Assembly: GCA_965203095.1 (NCBI GenBank)
Contig: OZ241877.1
Location: forward strand, 640,001 to 704,000
Origin: Bdellovibrionales bacterium
GTDB lineage: Bacteria > Bdellovibrionota > Bdellovibrionia > Bdellovibrionales > UBA1609
Reading direction: 5' to 3'
Length of the DNA: 64,000 bases
The first letter of the stretch is position 1, and the number at the start of each line of letters is the position of its first letter. Of the stretch, positions 1 through 9,639 are shown one piece after another. Under the pieces are notes generated by a model. It was not told the origin of the DNA. It saw nothing but the letters and a program-made list of their open reading frames with translations, and ran no database searches. The translations under genes were made by a program, and so were the position numbers.

Positions 1-12
1 GGTGGATCATCA

Positions 13-861
13 TCAAATAATTTTTACAGGGATTTGCATTCTTTTTGAAACAATACGGATAATCTCCCCTGCTATCTCTTCTAAGGCAATATCGGTCACA
101 TCTAAGATCGGCCATTTTTGTTTATGAAACAAAGTCTTTATAGCTGAAACCTCTTTATAAACTTGCTCCTTACTGGCGTAATCCCCACCAGCGGGATCAT
201 ATCCAAACTTTTCTAAACGATTCTTCCTGATTTTTAAAAGATAATCGGGGTGAATAGTTAGTGCCACTATTTTTTTTTGATCCACTGTGAAAAGATTTTC
301 TGGAGGAGGAATATTATAAACTAAAGGGACATTCGCCACCTTCCAACCCTTATTACTTAAAAAGAGAGATAGTGGAGTTTTGCTGGTCCGGCTCACCCCT
401 ACAAGAATAATATCTGCCAGATCTAAATCTTTAGACCGTTGCCCATCATCGTGCTTTAGAAAAAAATCCATAGCTTCAATCCGCTTAAAATAATCCTCAT
501 TAACTACCCTTAAAATTCCCGCCTGCTTTTTTTTACTTTTTAAAGAACGATCAAAAATACCTATCAGATCTGCTAAAAGATCCACCCTTTGCACATTGTA
601 TTTTTCACACAGCCGACCAATGATTTCCCTACTTTCAGATAAAATTAAAGTGTAAACTACTAAAACATCTTCATCTTCATTCCTACTGAGTTTTTTAAAA
701 ATGGCCTCTATTTGTTCTTTGGTGCGAATATTCCTATGCCTGGATATACGAACTCGCTCTTCATGCTCATACTGAACCAAAACCGCCTTTAAAACCGCAA
801 GGGCTGTCTCCCCAGTGCCATCAGATAAAATTTGAATGTTAAGCTGATTGTGGAATTTCAT
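13..861 (-). CDS. PPDK/PEP synthase regulatory protein (kinase/pyrophosphorylase, DUF299)
   Basis: Motifs SDGTGETA, YFKRIEAMDF..KHDDG, GVSRTSKTP, KVANVP. Start moved to MKFHNQ (861), which follows an AAGGAGG RBS. Confidence 0.9.
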   Translation of the reverse strand: MKFHNQLNIQILSDGTGETALAVLKAVLVQYEHEERVRISRHRNIRTKEQIEAIFKKLSRNEDEDVLVVYTLILSESREIIGRLCEKYNVQRVDLLADLIGIFDRSLKSKKKQAGILRVVNEDYFKRIEAMDFFLKHDDGQRSKDLDLADIILVGVSRTSKTPLSLFLSNKGWKVANVPLVYNIPPPENLFTVDQKKIVALTIHPDYLLKIRKNRLEKFGYDPAGGDYASKEQVYKEVSAIKTLFHKQKWPILDVTDIALEEIAGEIIRIVSKRMQIPVKII

Positions 862-862
862 T

Positions 863-1234
863 TCAATCCTCCTTATAATATGATAAGTGAGACCCAACAG
901 ATGAGGGAAAAATAGAATTGAGTCTTCCCTCATCACAACCTGAAGGCACAAACACCCGCAAAGAGGGCTTGCCCAATTGCTTCCAACATTTGTGAGCATC
1001 TATAAACCAAGATTTTTTTTGCAAGGGGAGGCACACTAAAGAACTCACAGGAAAAGCATTTTGAGAACCCGTTAAAATGGGCTGAGAAAGAGATTTTTTG
1101 CCCTTAAGACCATGTAAAAGAAAACCCATTCGCCAGTTGATCTGTTTAAATAAATCCCTTTCCGGTTCGAAAAAAATGAGCCAAAGCTGGGCACCGGGAT
1201 AAAATTTTTGAGACGAGCTGACAAGCTCCAACAC
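863..1234 (-). CDS. hypothetical protein
   Basis: 123-aa ORF packed between nusB and the PPDK regulator with 1-2 nt gaps. Confidence 0.6.
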   Translation of the reverse strand: MLELVSSSQKFYPGAQLWLIFFEPERDLFKQINWRMGFLLHGLKGKKSLSQPILTGSQNAFPVSSLVCLPLQKKSWFIDAHKCWKQLGKPSLRVFVPSGCDEGRLNSIFPSSVGSHLSYYKED

Positions 1235-1236
1235 AG

Positions 1237-1641
1237 CTAAATCTCCTGTTTGCTTTTTAAAACTTGATTCAGTATACCGTTAATAAAAGGCACAGAGTTT
1301 TCCCCCCCTAACTCTTTAGCCAGCTCCAAAGCCTCGTTGAGGGCCGCTTTATCGGGAATATCTGCACAAAACAAAATCTCAAAAACCGCCAATCTCATAA
1401 TGTTCAGATCCACTAAAGAGATTCTTTCCAACTTCCAGTTTTGAGAATATTTTTTTATAATCTGATCGATAGACGACTTATGAGCCTGAATGTTTTTTAA
1501 AATATCTAAAGCAAAACAGCGATCCCTTTGGTTGAGATTTTTATAAAAAAAATCATTATCCTCTTTTTTGTTAACACTTTGATGAAACTCATCCCGATAG
1601 AGGTTTTGCACTACGGCTTGCCTGGAACTTCTTCTCGACAC
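1237..1641 (-). CDS. nusB: transcription antitermination factor NusB
   Basis: N-terminal RRSSRQA, WKLERISLVDLNIMRLAVFEI, NEALELAK, FINGIL. Confidence 0.95.
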   Translation of the reverse strand: MSRRSSRQAVVQNLYRDEFHQSVNKKEDNDFFYKNLNQRDRCFALDILKNIQAHKSSIDQIIKKYSQNWKLERISLVDLNIMRLAVFEILFCADIPDKAALNEALELAKELGGENSVPFINGILNQVLKSKQEI

Positions 1642-1691
1642 AACAGATCTACCTCAATTTACTTAGTCGCTCGTGAGAAAACTCTATAATT

Positions 1692-2303
1692 TTAAAAGCC
1701 AAAAGTAATACCCAAATGGCCAAAAGTTTCAAGATAAATTTCCAACTCGCTTAAAGGATAATGCATTCTCAAGTTAAACTCTGTGAAAAAACCCAAATTA
1801 TAGTAAAAATCAATAAAACGCAAACCCATAAAAAACTGACTGTTGAAAGACATAGCAGAAATTTTGCGAACAATATATCGAGGGTGAAAGCCCATACCTG
1901 CCCCACACCCCACATAAAGGGGAAAAGCGGATTGAACTTCGGGAAAAGATATACGAGGGCTTATTTCTAAAAGAGCGGATTTTTGCCGGGCCATGTGAGT
2001 GGAAAACAATGAGACCTGCAAACTAATATCAGCACCCCATTGAGGCAGTTCTTCTATCCTTTGGTTAAAACCCAGCACAAAAGAGGAAAAAGGATTAAAG
2101 GGGATTTTGGCACTTTCCCTGTAAAAAGATATTCCGCTAAAAAGGGAAAATCTTTTAGAATATTCTGTTCTGTTTTTTTTGGAAAAATACTTCTCAATTA
2201 TATATCCGTAGCCCGACTCTGAGGTGCTATCCTGAACAACATCCTCACCAAAAGAAGTGAGGGGGAAGAGAATGCAAAAAATAAAAACTATTGTTTTAAA
2301 CAT
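1692..2303 (-). CDS. exported, probable small outer-membrane beta-barrel protein
   Basis: Signal peptide from MFKTIV, amphipathic beta-strand pattern, C-terminal Phe (LGITFGF). Confidence 0.55.
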   Translation of the reverse strand: MFKTIVFIFCILFPLTSFGEDVVQDSTSESGYGYIIEKYFSKKNRTEYSKRFSLFSGISFYRESAKIPFNPFSSFVLGFNQRIEELPQWGADISLQVSLFSTHMARQKSALLEISPRISFPEVQSAFPLYVGCGAGMGFHPRYIVRKISAMSFNSQFFMGLRFIDFYYNLGFFTEFNLRMHYPLSELEIYLETFGHLGITFGF

Positions 2304-2313
2304 ATATTCCCTA

Positions 2314-3657
2314 TTAAACATCATCAAACTGAATAGGACAACCCGAAGGCTCGCCCAAAGTCTCACCTTCAGCTATTACTTTTTTCCCATAGAGAAATAC
2401 AAACAGAGGCCAGCCCCGGACAGACCAACCTTCAAAAGGTGACCAGCCACACTTGCTGGCCAGCCATTGGGCCTCAATCCGCTTTTTGGCTTTTAAATCC
2501 ACAAGGGTAAGGTGAGCCTTGTATCCTTCCTTAATTTTCCCCTGATCCTTTATTTTAAACCTTTGTGCGGGGTTATGGGCCAAAAGCCGAACCAACAATT
2601 TTAAATCCAAACGACCTTCGTTAATGTGATTGAGCATAAGAGGGAGCAAAGTTTGTGTCCCCGGCATACCGGAAGGCGATTGGGGGTAAGGTTTTTGCTT
2701 TTCCTCCATAGTGTGAGGTGCGTGATCAGAGCCTATCATATCCACAAGCCCTGATTGCAAGGCTTTCCAAAGGCCCTCCTGATGATTTTTATCCCTAATG
2801 GGAGGGTTCATTTGAACAAGAGAACCATACTCCTCATAACAGTCAGGGGCATGAAGGCTCAAATGCTGAGGAGTCACCTCTACAGAGGCAATGTCCTTAT
2901 GATGAGCTAAAAAAGCCATTTCCTCTTTTGTGCTGACATGCAGGATATGCACTGGGGCTTTATGTTTTTGAGCTAAGCTAATTATTCTTTTAGTGGAAAT
3001 CAGGCCAGTTTTCGCGTCTCGCCACAAAGGATGGTTTCGCGGATGAGGGGGATGGCTCAAAGCGAGAGCCTGCCTTGCTGACAGCCGGGAGTTGTCCTCT
3101 GAATGAATGGCAGTCACTTTTTGACGGTGGGAAAGGGCGGTATTAAGGGAGTCTTCATCCTCTAAAACCAAGCCTCCTGTGGAATGGCCTAAAAAAATTT
3201 TCACTCCAGGGCAGGCTGGGCTTTTTTCTATCTCATTTAAAAAGCTTTTATTTTTACCTGTTCCGGCCAAATAAAAAGCAAAATCACACCAACTGCTTTG
3301 TTTTGCCCTTTGGATTTTATCCTCTAAATCCTGAACTGTGGCTGTGGGAGGAGAAGTGTTAGGCATTTCAAAAAAAGCAGTTATTCCCCCTTTTAGGGCA
3401 CTGAGACTTCCATGGTAAATGTCTTCCTTATGTTCCATCCCGGGCTCTCTAAAATGCACTTGGGTATCAATAAGTCCAGGAAGAACATACAAACCACTGG
3501 CAGAAAACTCTTTAGCCGACTGAGCTTTAGATAAGGAGCCAATCTGTTTTATTCGCCCTTTTTGGATTCCAATATCTACTTCCTCCTCCTTCAACTCATC
3601 AAGCTTTTGAGGATGAGGCAAAAGGCAAATTCCTTTTCTTATAATTAAGTCAAACAT
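2314..3657 (-). CDS. pyrC: dihydroorotase
   Basis: PGLIDTQVHFREPG, EMPNT, EVTPQHL, MNPPIR, GSDHAPH, SKCGWSPFEG. Confidence 0.92.
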   Translation of the reverse strand: MFDLIIRKGICLLPHPQKLDELKEEEVDIGIQKGRIKQIGSLSKAQSAKEFSASGLYVLPGLIDTQVHFREPGMEHKEDIYHGSLSALKGGITAFFEMPNTSPPTATVQDLEDKIQRAKQSSWCDFAFYLAGTGKNKSFLNEIEKSPACPGVKIFLGHSTGGLVLEDEDSLNTALSHRQKVTAIHSEDNSRLSARQALALSHPPHPRNHPLWRDAKTGLISTKRIISLAQKHKAPVHILHVSTKEEMAFLAHHKDIASVEVTPQHLSLHAPDCYEEYGSLVQMNPPIRDKNHQEGLWKALQSGLVDMIGSDHAPHTMEEKQKPYPQSPSGMPGTQTLLPLMLNHINEGRLDLKLLVRLLAHNPAQRFKIKDQGKIKEGYKAHLTLVDLKAKKRIEAQWLASKCGWSPFEGWSVRGWPLFVFLYGKKVIAEGETLGEPSGCPIQFDDV

Positions 3658-3735
3658 GCGTTTTATTTCCTATTCTCTTTCAAAAATATCTCAAGCTTTA
3701 TGAAAATACCAAGTTTTTCCTTTTTTTCAAATTAT

Positions 3736-3770
3736 AAAAAAAGCCTGTGAGGGAACTCACAGGCTTTTTA
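3736..3770. terminator. intrinsic terminator downstream of the porin gene (possibly bidirectional)
   Basis: Perfect stem AAGCCTGTGAG-ggaa-CTCACAGGCTT flanked by A and T tracts. Confidence 0.85.
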
Positions 3771-3792
3771 AAAAATCGATATTGCAAAATTA

Positions 3793-4950
3793 TTAGAAGT
3801 GAAAAGTCAACTCGCCATGAAGGCTGTTGGCTTCATCAGAGTCCACTCCATCAGTTAAGTTGTGGGCAAACTTGGCAACAAAATTAGTGTTGTCCCAAGG
3901 GTTATATTGTGCCCGAACAGCAATGCCTTTACCAGCACCTGTGAAGTAATCTCTGTTAAGTAAATCAGTGTTAAAATGATTGCCATCAATTTCATGGTAG
4001 CTTACAGCCAAACCAAAGTCGTTAGCTGACCCTGGAGACGCTTTGCCAGCCTCTCCAGCATAAACTCCACCGGTAAAATTAAGACCTTCGCCTAACTGAT
4101 CAACATTTGTCATATAAGCACCAAACACACCAACGGGAATACCCATATCCGCACTCACATGAACACCCACTTTAGCTAAAGTGACATCATTAGTGCTTTC
4201 TGTAGTAGCAGGTTCTTCTTCAGCTCCTGCTTCATCTGCTGTTTCGTCCGCAGTGTCTACTGTGGCAGTGCTTTCGACAGTTTTGTTAAAAAGACCGCCG
4301 TAATCAGCAGATACATAAACACCCGCTTTTACACCTTCAGCAAATTCAAACTTAGCACCCACTTTTCCAAATAAAATACCCCCTTCAGAAAAAGGGCCTT
4401 TGTAAGCTGTATCCAACTCATAAACACCCACTTTGCCGTAAAAACTGGCAGGGTCCTCATCTTCTCCATGACGATATTTAACCCAAGCCCCCGCAGGGTA
4501 AAGGTCTTCATCGTAAAGAACTCCCACTTTGTGAAAGCTGGGTTTAAAGGATTTTTTACCCGCTAATACAGAGAAGTTTTCCACTGGTGAATAAGAGACA
4601 TAAGCTTGTTCTAAAGCTATTGGAGTCACACCAGGGCCACCAAATACGGAATTGACTATACTCTTACCACTCATATCCCCTGAACTGCTACTAACACCCA
4701 CAGCCCATTTAACGGATTCATTCACATTACCTTGCCAACCCAATCTGGCTCTGTAAGAAGCCTCCCTTTCTTGTAAAACATCCCCATATTTTAGCTCAAC
4801 AGAACCTGTAAAGCCACTTTCTTCCTCCTCCATAGAACCGGTATCGCTTATCATATCAGACATGTGATCCACTTCTGTATGCGAATGCATTTCCGCAACA
4901 GAACTGAAACCAAATACAGCTGATATAATAAAAATAGATTTTTTAAACAT
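3793..4950 (-). CDS. putative porin
   Basis: Signal peptide after a GGAGG RBS, YRARLG and LEQAYVSY porin-like strands, C-terminal LTFHF, strong terminator. Confidence 0.7.
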   Translation of the reverse strand: MFKKSIFIISAVFGFSSVAEMHSHTEVDHMSDMISDTGSMEEEESGFTGSVELKYGDVLQEREASYRARLGWQGNVNESVKWAVGVSSSSGDMSGKSIVNSVFGGPGVTPIALEQAYVSYSPVENFSVLAGKKSFKPSFHKVGVLYDEDLYPAGAWVKYRHGEDEDPASFYGKVGVYELDTAYKGPFSEGGILFGKVGAKFEFAEGVKAGVYVSADYGGLFNKTVESTATVDTADETADEAGAEEEPATTESTNDVTLAKVGVHVSADMGIPVGVFGAYMTNVDQLGEGLNFTGGVYAGEAGKASPGSANDFGLAVSYHEIDGNHFNTDLLNRDYFTGAGKGIAVRAQYNPWDNTNFVAKFAHNLTDGVDSDEANSLHGELTFHF

Positions 4951-5438
4951 ATCTACCTCCTTAAGGTTATTTCTCATTTAGGGATAGTTAATACAAGTCA
5001 CGGTGACTTGTCAAATGCTGGCCTGCTTTTTTTAGGACTATGGATAAAAAAGCTATCTTCAGGGCAAAAAAAGAGAAAAAGCCTATAAAATAGGCTTTTT
5101 AGGGCCTATTTTTTGTTTTTATCAGCACCTTTTTTACATTCTGCAACATTTTTTTTAAAAAAAATATAAGATTTTTTCGTTTTTTTCTCAAAAAAAGACT
5201 GTTTTTGGCTATTTTCCCAAAAAAAACCTTTTTATTGGCTTTAAACTGCCCCACAGTGGGCTTTTTTATAAATCCAGCAGGAAAAATTCAGCCAAGATCG
5301 GATTTTAAAAAAGAGACGAATGGGGAAATACCAACCGATTATATACTTTACAAATGGTTTACTGAAAAGACAGCCGGCTTAAATTGAAGATGGCAAAAAC
5401 AAATCCCAGAGGGATTGGCCGGATAAGCAGGGAATAAA

Positions 5439-5595
5439 TAGTCGTCCGTGAAAAAGCTGGACAAAAAACCTCGTCCTCTTTTTCCTGCTTTTGTCCAAAG
5501 GCCATTCCATGAGTGTCCAAGGTATTGCCGTCCCGAAATGGAATGGTCCTTTAGACAAAAAAAGTTAAAAAACAAAGGTTTTTCACGGACAACTA
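5439..5595. mobile_element. MITE-like element with 17-bp terminal inverted repeats
   Basis: TAGTCGTCCGTGAAAAA (5439) versus TTTTTCACGGACAACTA (5579-5595): 16/17 complementary, TA at both outer ends. Confidence 0.6.
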
Positions 5596-6110
5596 AATAG
5601 ATTATTGCTTGGCTAAAAGCTTATCCAACAAAGGGGCTGAGCCGTGCATTTAAAAAGCAAAAGCTCCCTTAAGGAGCTGATGCTTGGATTTCAATAAACT
5701 AAAACCATTAAAGGATTTATCATTTATTATTATCATCCAAAGTGGCAAAAAAGTAAAGTAAAAATTTTAAAAAAATCAAAAGCCTTATTCTATGCGGGTT
5801 CTGGGGAAACTGTGGCCAGAGGGAAAGCACAAAAAAAGACCTTTCAGGGAAGGTCTAAACTACCACAGCACTTTAAGGAAAATCCTTTTGGCTGGTTTTT
5901 ATTTTTGAGTCTACAAGTGCCCCTTCAAAGTTTGCTCTGTATGTGTTCGCTATTTCGCTGACAAAATTTGCCTAAAAAACCGCTGGGCCTTTAGGCAAAC
6001 CTGGCTGAGCTTTTTCACAAGACCCTATTTAATAATGTCAAAAAGATTTAAAAATAAACTATCTGAACCTTGAAAAGACAGGCAAACAAAGGTATATCCT
6101 TTAATAATGT

Positions 6111-6187
6111 GGGGTGGTAGTTAAGTTGGTTATAACGCCGGCCTGTCACGTCGGAGGCCGCGGGTTCAAGTCCCGTCCACCCCGCCA
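6111..6187 (+). tRNA. tRNA-Asp (GTC)
   Basis: Acceptor GGGGTGG/CCACCCC, anticodon loop CT-GTC-AC, GGTTCAAGTCC T-arm, CCA end. Confidence 0.97.
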
Positions 6188-6333
6188 TTTAACCTCATAG
6201 CCAGCTCCCAGTATTTTACTAAGTGTCCCATAAAGAGCAAAAACCTTTTAAAAGAAACATTATTTTGAAAGGCTATAAATTGCCACTAAAATTTATTGCT
6301 TTAAGGCAAAAAAACATAAATACTTAATGTATC

Positions 6334-9183
6334 ATGGCAATCAACCAGAAAGAACATCAAGAGAAAATTAAAGCTTTTTTAGCTTGGTTCAAAAACTGTA
6401 AAGGTTCTGAAAAGGGAGAAGGTCAAATATTTTTTGACCGTCTTCTTAAAGCTTTTGGTAATACAGGCGTTATAGGAGCTGGAGCTGTTTGTGAACCACC
6501 AGTCAAAAAACAAAAAGGGAAAGGTGTTATTTTTCCCGATCTTGTTTGGAAGCCCAGAGTAATTATTGAATTAAAGAAGAGAGGCACCGCCCTTCAAAAG
6601 CACTATGATCAAGCTTTTGATTACTGGATTACTTTAGTCCCTAATCGTCCGAAATATATGATTTTATGTAATTTTGATGAATTTTGGATATATGATTTAA
6701 ACAGTCAATTACATGATCCTGTCCATAAACTAAATACAAAAGACCTCCAAACAAACTGGGGAGCTTTAAAGTTTCTTTTACCAATAGAAGAAGAACCTTT
6801 ATTTGACAATCATAATGTGGCTATCACAGAACAAGTTGCAAAGACTGTCGGTGCAATTTATCTATCTATGGTTAAAAGAGACATATCAAAGGATAAAGCT
6901 CAGAGATTCGTTTTGCAATTAGTTATAGCTTTGTTTTCAGAAGATGTTGGGTTAATGCCTCAATACACATTACATGAGATTTTAAAAAAATGTCTTACTG
7001 ATCTTCCAGCTCAAAAAGAACTATCTCTTTTATTTAAAGCTATGGCAAACAAAAATAAATTTGATAAACCTAAAAAATATAAACACATTGAATATTTTAA
7101 TGGAGGGATTTTTAAGAAAACTAACGCAGTGGAACTATCTTATAAAGAGGTAGAATTATTACATGATGCCTCAAAGCAAAATTGGGAAAAAGTTAGGCCC
7201 TCTATATTCGGTTCTCTTTTTGAGGGAAGTATGGATCCAAAAAGAAGGCACGGTCATGGTATTCACTATACTCATGAATTGGATATATATAAAATTGTTG
7301 GACCTTCTATTGTCAGGCCATTTCAAGAAAAAATAAACAAAGCAAAAACAAAAAGAGCAAAAAGAAAACTGTTGAAAGAAATACAGGAATTTAAAGTCTT
7401 AGATCCTGCTTGTGGTAGTGGGAACTTTCTTTATATTGCTTTCAGGGAGTTAAGAAAACTGGAAATGGAAATTTTAGAAGATTTAGGAGAGGGTAGACAA
7501 ATTCGTGCCTCAGAGCTGGGCTTGCTTGTTTCCCCAAGAAACTTTTATGGCATTGACACAAACAAATTTGGTTTAGAGTTAGCAAAAGTGGCTTTATCTA
7601 TTGGTCGAAAACTTTTGGCCGATGAGTTTAATATCCAAGATCCCTCTTTGCCTCTTGATGATTTAGACAATAATTTTTTATCTAAAGATGCTTTATTTAC
7701 TGAGTGGCCTAAAGTAGATGCAATTATTGGCAATCCTCCTTACCAATCCAAAAATAAAATCCAACAGGAAATGGGAGTAAGTTATATAAATAAATTGCGA
7801 AAAACGGAACCGCTTGTTCCGGGAAGAGCAGATTATTGTGTTTATTGGTTTAAAAAAGCTCATGATCATCTATCAAAAAAAGGTATGGCTGGATTGGTCG
7901 GAACAAACACAATAAGAGAAAACTATTCCAGAGAAGGAGGTTTGGATTATATCGTCCAAAATGGTGGCATCATTACAGAAGCTGTGTCCAGCCAAAAGTG
8001 GTCTGGTTCAGCGGCGGTTTATGTGTCCATAGTAAATTGGACAAAAGATGAATTTTATAGGCAAAAAATAAAAAAGCTTTTTATAAACCAGGGTAATGAA
8101 CCAAATTTTAAAGTCTATAAACGAAAAAAAATAAATTCTGCTTTATCTGTTGATATAGATGTCTCTCAGGCTAAAGTGTTAAATGTTAATAAAAAATCTA
8201 AAACGGCTTATCAAGGCCAAACCCATGGACATTCAGCTTTTTTAATACATAAAAAAGAGGCTGAAAAAATGATTTTCAAAAAACCAATTCTGAAGGATGT
8301 TTTAAAGCCTTTTTTAACAGCTCATAATTTTATAGCTGGAAAAACCTCTTTGCCTCAAAGATATGTCATAGATTTTTCAGATAAAACCCTAATACAGTCT
8401 CAAAAATATAAAGAATTATATAAAATTATAGAAAAAGCGGTTTTGCCAAAAAGAAGAGAAGAAGCAGAAAAGGAAAAGGCCAGAAACAAAACATTATTAA
8501 AAATAGATCCTAAAGCTAAAGTGAATAGACATCATAAAAATTTTTTAAAAACATGGTGGCGGTTATCTTATCCAAGAACAGACTTAATGAAGAAAATCAG
8601 AAAAATAAAAAGGTATTGTGTTTGTGGTCGTGTCACACAAAGAGGCATCTTTGATTTTGTCCATTCAGATATAAATCCAAATGATGCTTTGGTTGCTTTT
8701 GCTTTTGATGATGATTATTCTTTTGGCATTTTACAGTCCAGTATGCATTGGACTTGGTTTATTCATAGGTGCTCCACTTTGGGAACAGGTCCTCGTTACA
8801 CGATTAACACAGTATACGACACTTTTCCCTGGCCACAAAAACCTACTCTAACTCACATAAAGGCAGTGGCTAAAAAGGCTAAAGAATTAAGGAAAGCAAG
8901 AACAGAGATTTTAAAACAGGAAGAGGTAAGTTATCGCGACCTGTATCGCTCTATGGAATTGCCTGGAGATCACAAACTGCGAAAATATCATAAGGCTTTG
9001 GATAAAGCTGTTTATTCTGTTTACGGCTGTAAAAAAACTCAAGATGAGCTTGATTTTCTTTTGAAGTTGAATTTAGATTTATCTAAAAGAGAGGCCAGAG
9101 GAGAAAAGATCACAGGGCCAGGTTTGTCGCATATTGTCAAAAGCCCAACGGAGTTAATTACAAGGGATTGTATTTCTTTATAG
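6334..9183 (+). CDS. MmeI-like type IIL restriction-modification enzyme (fused endonuclease, N6A methyltransferase and TRD)
   Basis: PD..IIELK nuclease motif, QAFDYW, CNFDEF, YFNGGIF, IFGSLFE, DPACGSGNF, GNPPY, FGILQSSMHWTW..TFPWP. Confidence 0.88.
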   Translation: MAINQKEHQEKIKAFLAWFKNCKGSEKGEGQIFFDRLLKAFGNTGVIGAGAVCEPPVKKQKGKGVIFPDLVWKPRVIIELKKRGTALQKHYDQAFDYWITLVPNRPKYMILCNFDEFWIYDLNSQLHDPVHKLNTKDLQTNWGALKFLLPIEEEPLFDNHNVAITEQVAKTVGAIYLSMVKRDISKDKAQRFVLQLVIALFSEDVGLMPQYTLHEILKKCLTDLPAQKELSLLFKAMANKNKFDKPKKYKHIEYFNGGIFKKTNAVELSYKEVELLHDASKQNWEKVRPSIFGSLFEGSMDPKRRHGHGIHYTHELDIYKIVGPSIVRPFQEKINKAKTKRAKRKLLKEIQEFKVLDPACGSGNFLYIAFRELRKLEMEILEDLGEGRQIRASELGLLVSPRNFYGIDTNKFGLELAKVALSIGRKLLADEFNIQDPSLPLDDLDNNFLSKDALFTEWPKVDAIIGNPPYQSKNKIQQEMGVSYINKLRKTEPLVPGRADYCVYWFKKAHDHLSKKGMAGLVGTNTIRENYSREGGLDYIVQNGGIITEAVSSQKWSGSAAVYVSIVNWTKDEFYRQKIKKLFINQGNEPNFKVYKRKKINSALSVDIDVSQAKVLNVNKKSKTAYQGQTHGHSAFLIHKKEAEKMIFKKPILKDVLKPFLTAHNFIAGKTSLPQRYVIDFSDKTLIQSQKYKELYKIIEKAVLPKRREEAEKEKARNKTLLKIDPKAKVNRHHKNFLKTWWRLSYPRTDLMKKIRKIKRYCVCGRVTQRGIFDFVHSDINPNDALVAFAFDDDYSFGILQSSMHWTWFIHRCSTLGTGPRYTINTVYDTFPWPQKPTLTHIKAVAKKAKELRKARTEILKQEEVSYRDLYRSMELPGDHKLRKYHKALDKAVYSVYGCKKTQDELDFLLKLNLDLSKREARGEKITGPGLSHIVKSPTELITRDCISL

Positions 9184-9260
9184 CCTGTATGGAACATTTT
9201 TTGCTTTATAATCGTATGGTTTTGTGATTAATAAAGAGTAAAGATATAGGAGCAAGTCAA

Positions 9261-9533
9261 ATGTATGAAAAGATATTAGAAGTCAAAGGGCCAGCAAAAG
9301 GGGCTATTCGGCGAGTAATGCCAGATATTGGCTTTGGTGCTATTTGGGATAAAAAGAATAAGCAGGATGTATATTTTTCGACTGTAACAAAATTCATCAA
9401 TACTTCTTATGAGGAGCTTAACGAAGGTGATATAGTAGAAGTCTTGGTTGTCAGAACAGCCAGGGGTCTATTTGCCAAAAATCTTTCTTTAAAAACAGCT
9501 CGCCCTCCTCAAGAAGTTAGTCCAAATCTATAA
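9261..9533 (+). CDS. cold-shock (OB-fold) domain protein
   Basis: RNP1/RNP2-like GFGAI...DVYF, LNEGDIVEV..RGLFAKN; AGGAG RBS. Confidence 0.7.
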   Translation: MYEKILEVKGPAKGAIRRVMPDIGFGAIWDKKNKQDVYFSTVTKFINTSYEELNEGDIVEVLVVRTARGLFAKNLSLKTARPPQEVSPNL

Positions 9534-9555
9534 AATGGTTTATCTTTTTTGTTGC

Positions 9556-9606
9556 TTAAAAATGTTGAGGAAAAGGTCCTTTAAATACCCATGAACCAAA
9601 AATAAT
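9556..9606 (+). repeat. left bipartite inverted repeat of the four-gene cassette
   Basis: TTAAAAATGTTGAGGAAAA...ATGAACCAAAAAT; inverted match at 14250-14286 and direct match at 58522-58565. Confidence 0.75.
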
Positions 9607-9639
9607 GTTGAAACCCTAAATTATTAAGGAAAAAATACT

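Noticed and set aside
5205..5575. Short ORFs 5205-5387 (+) and 5348-5575 (-)
   Set aside because: No RBS or recognisable motif; the second spans the MITE-like element.
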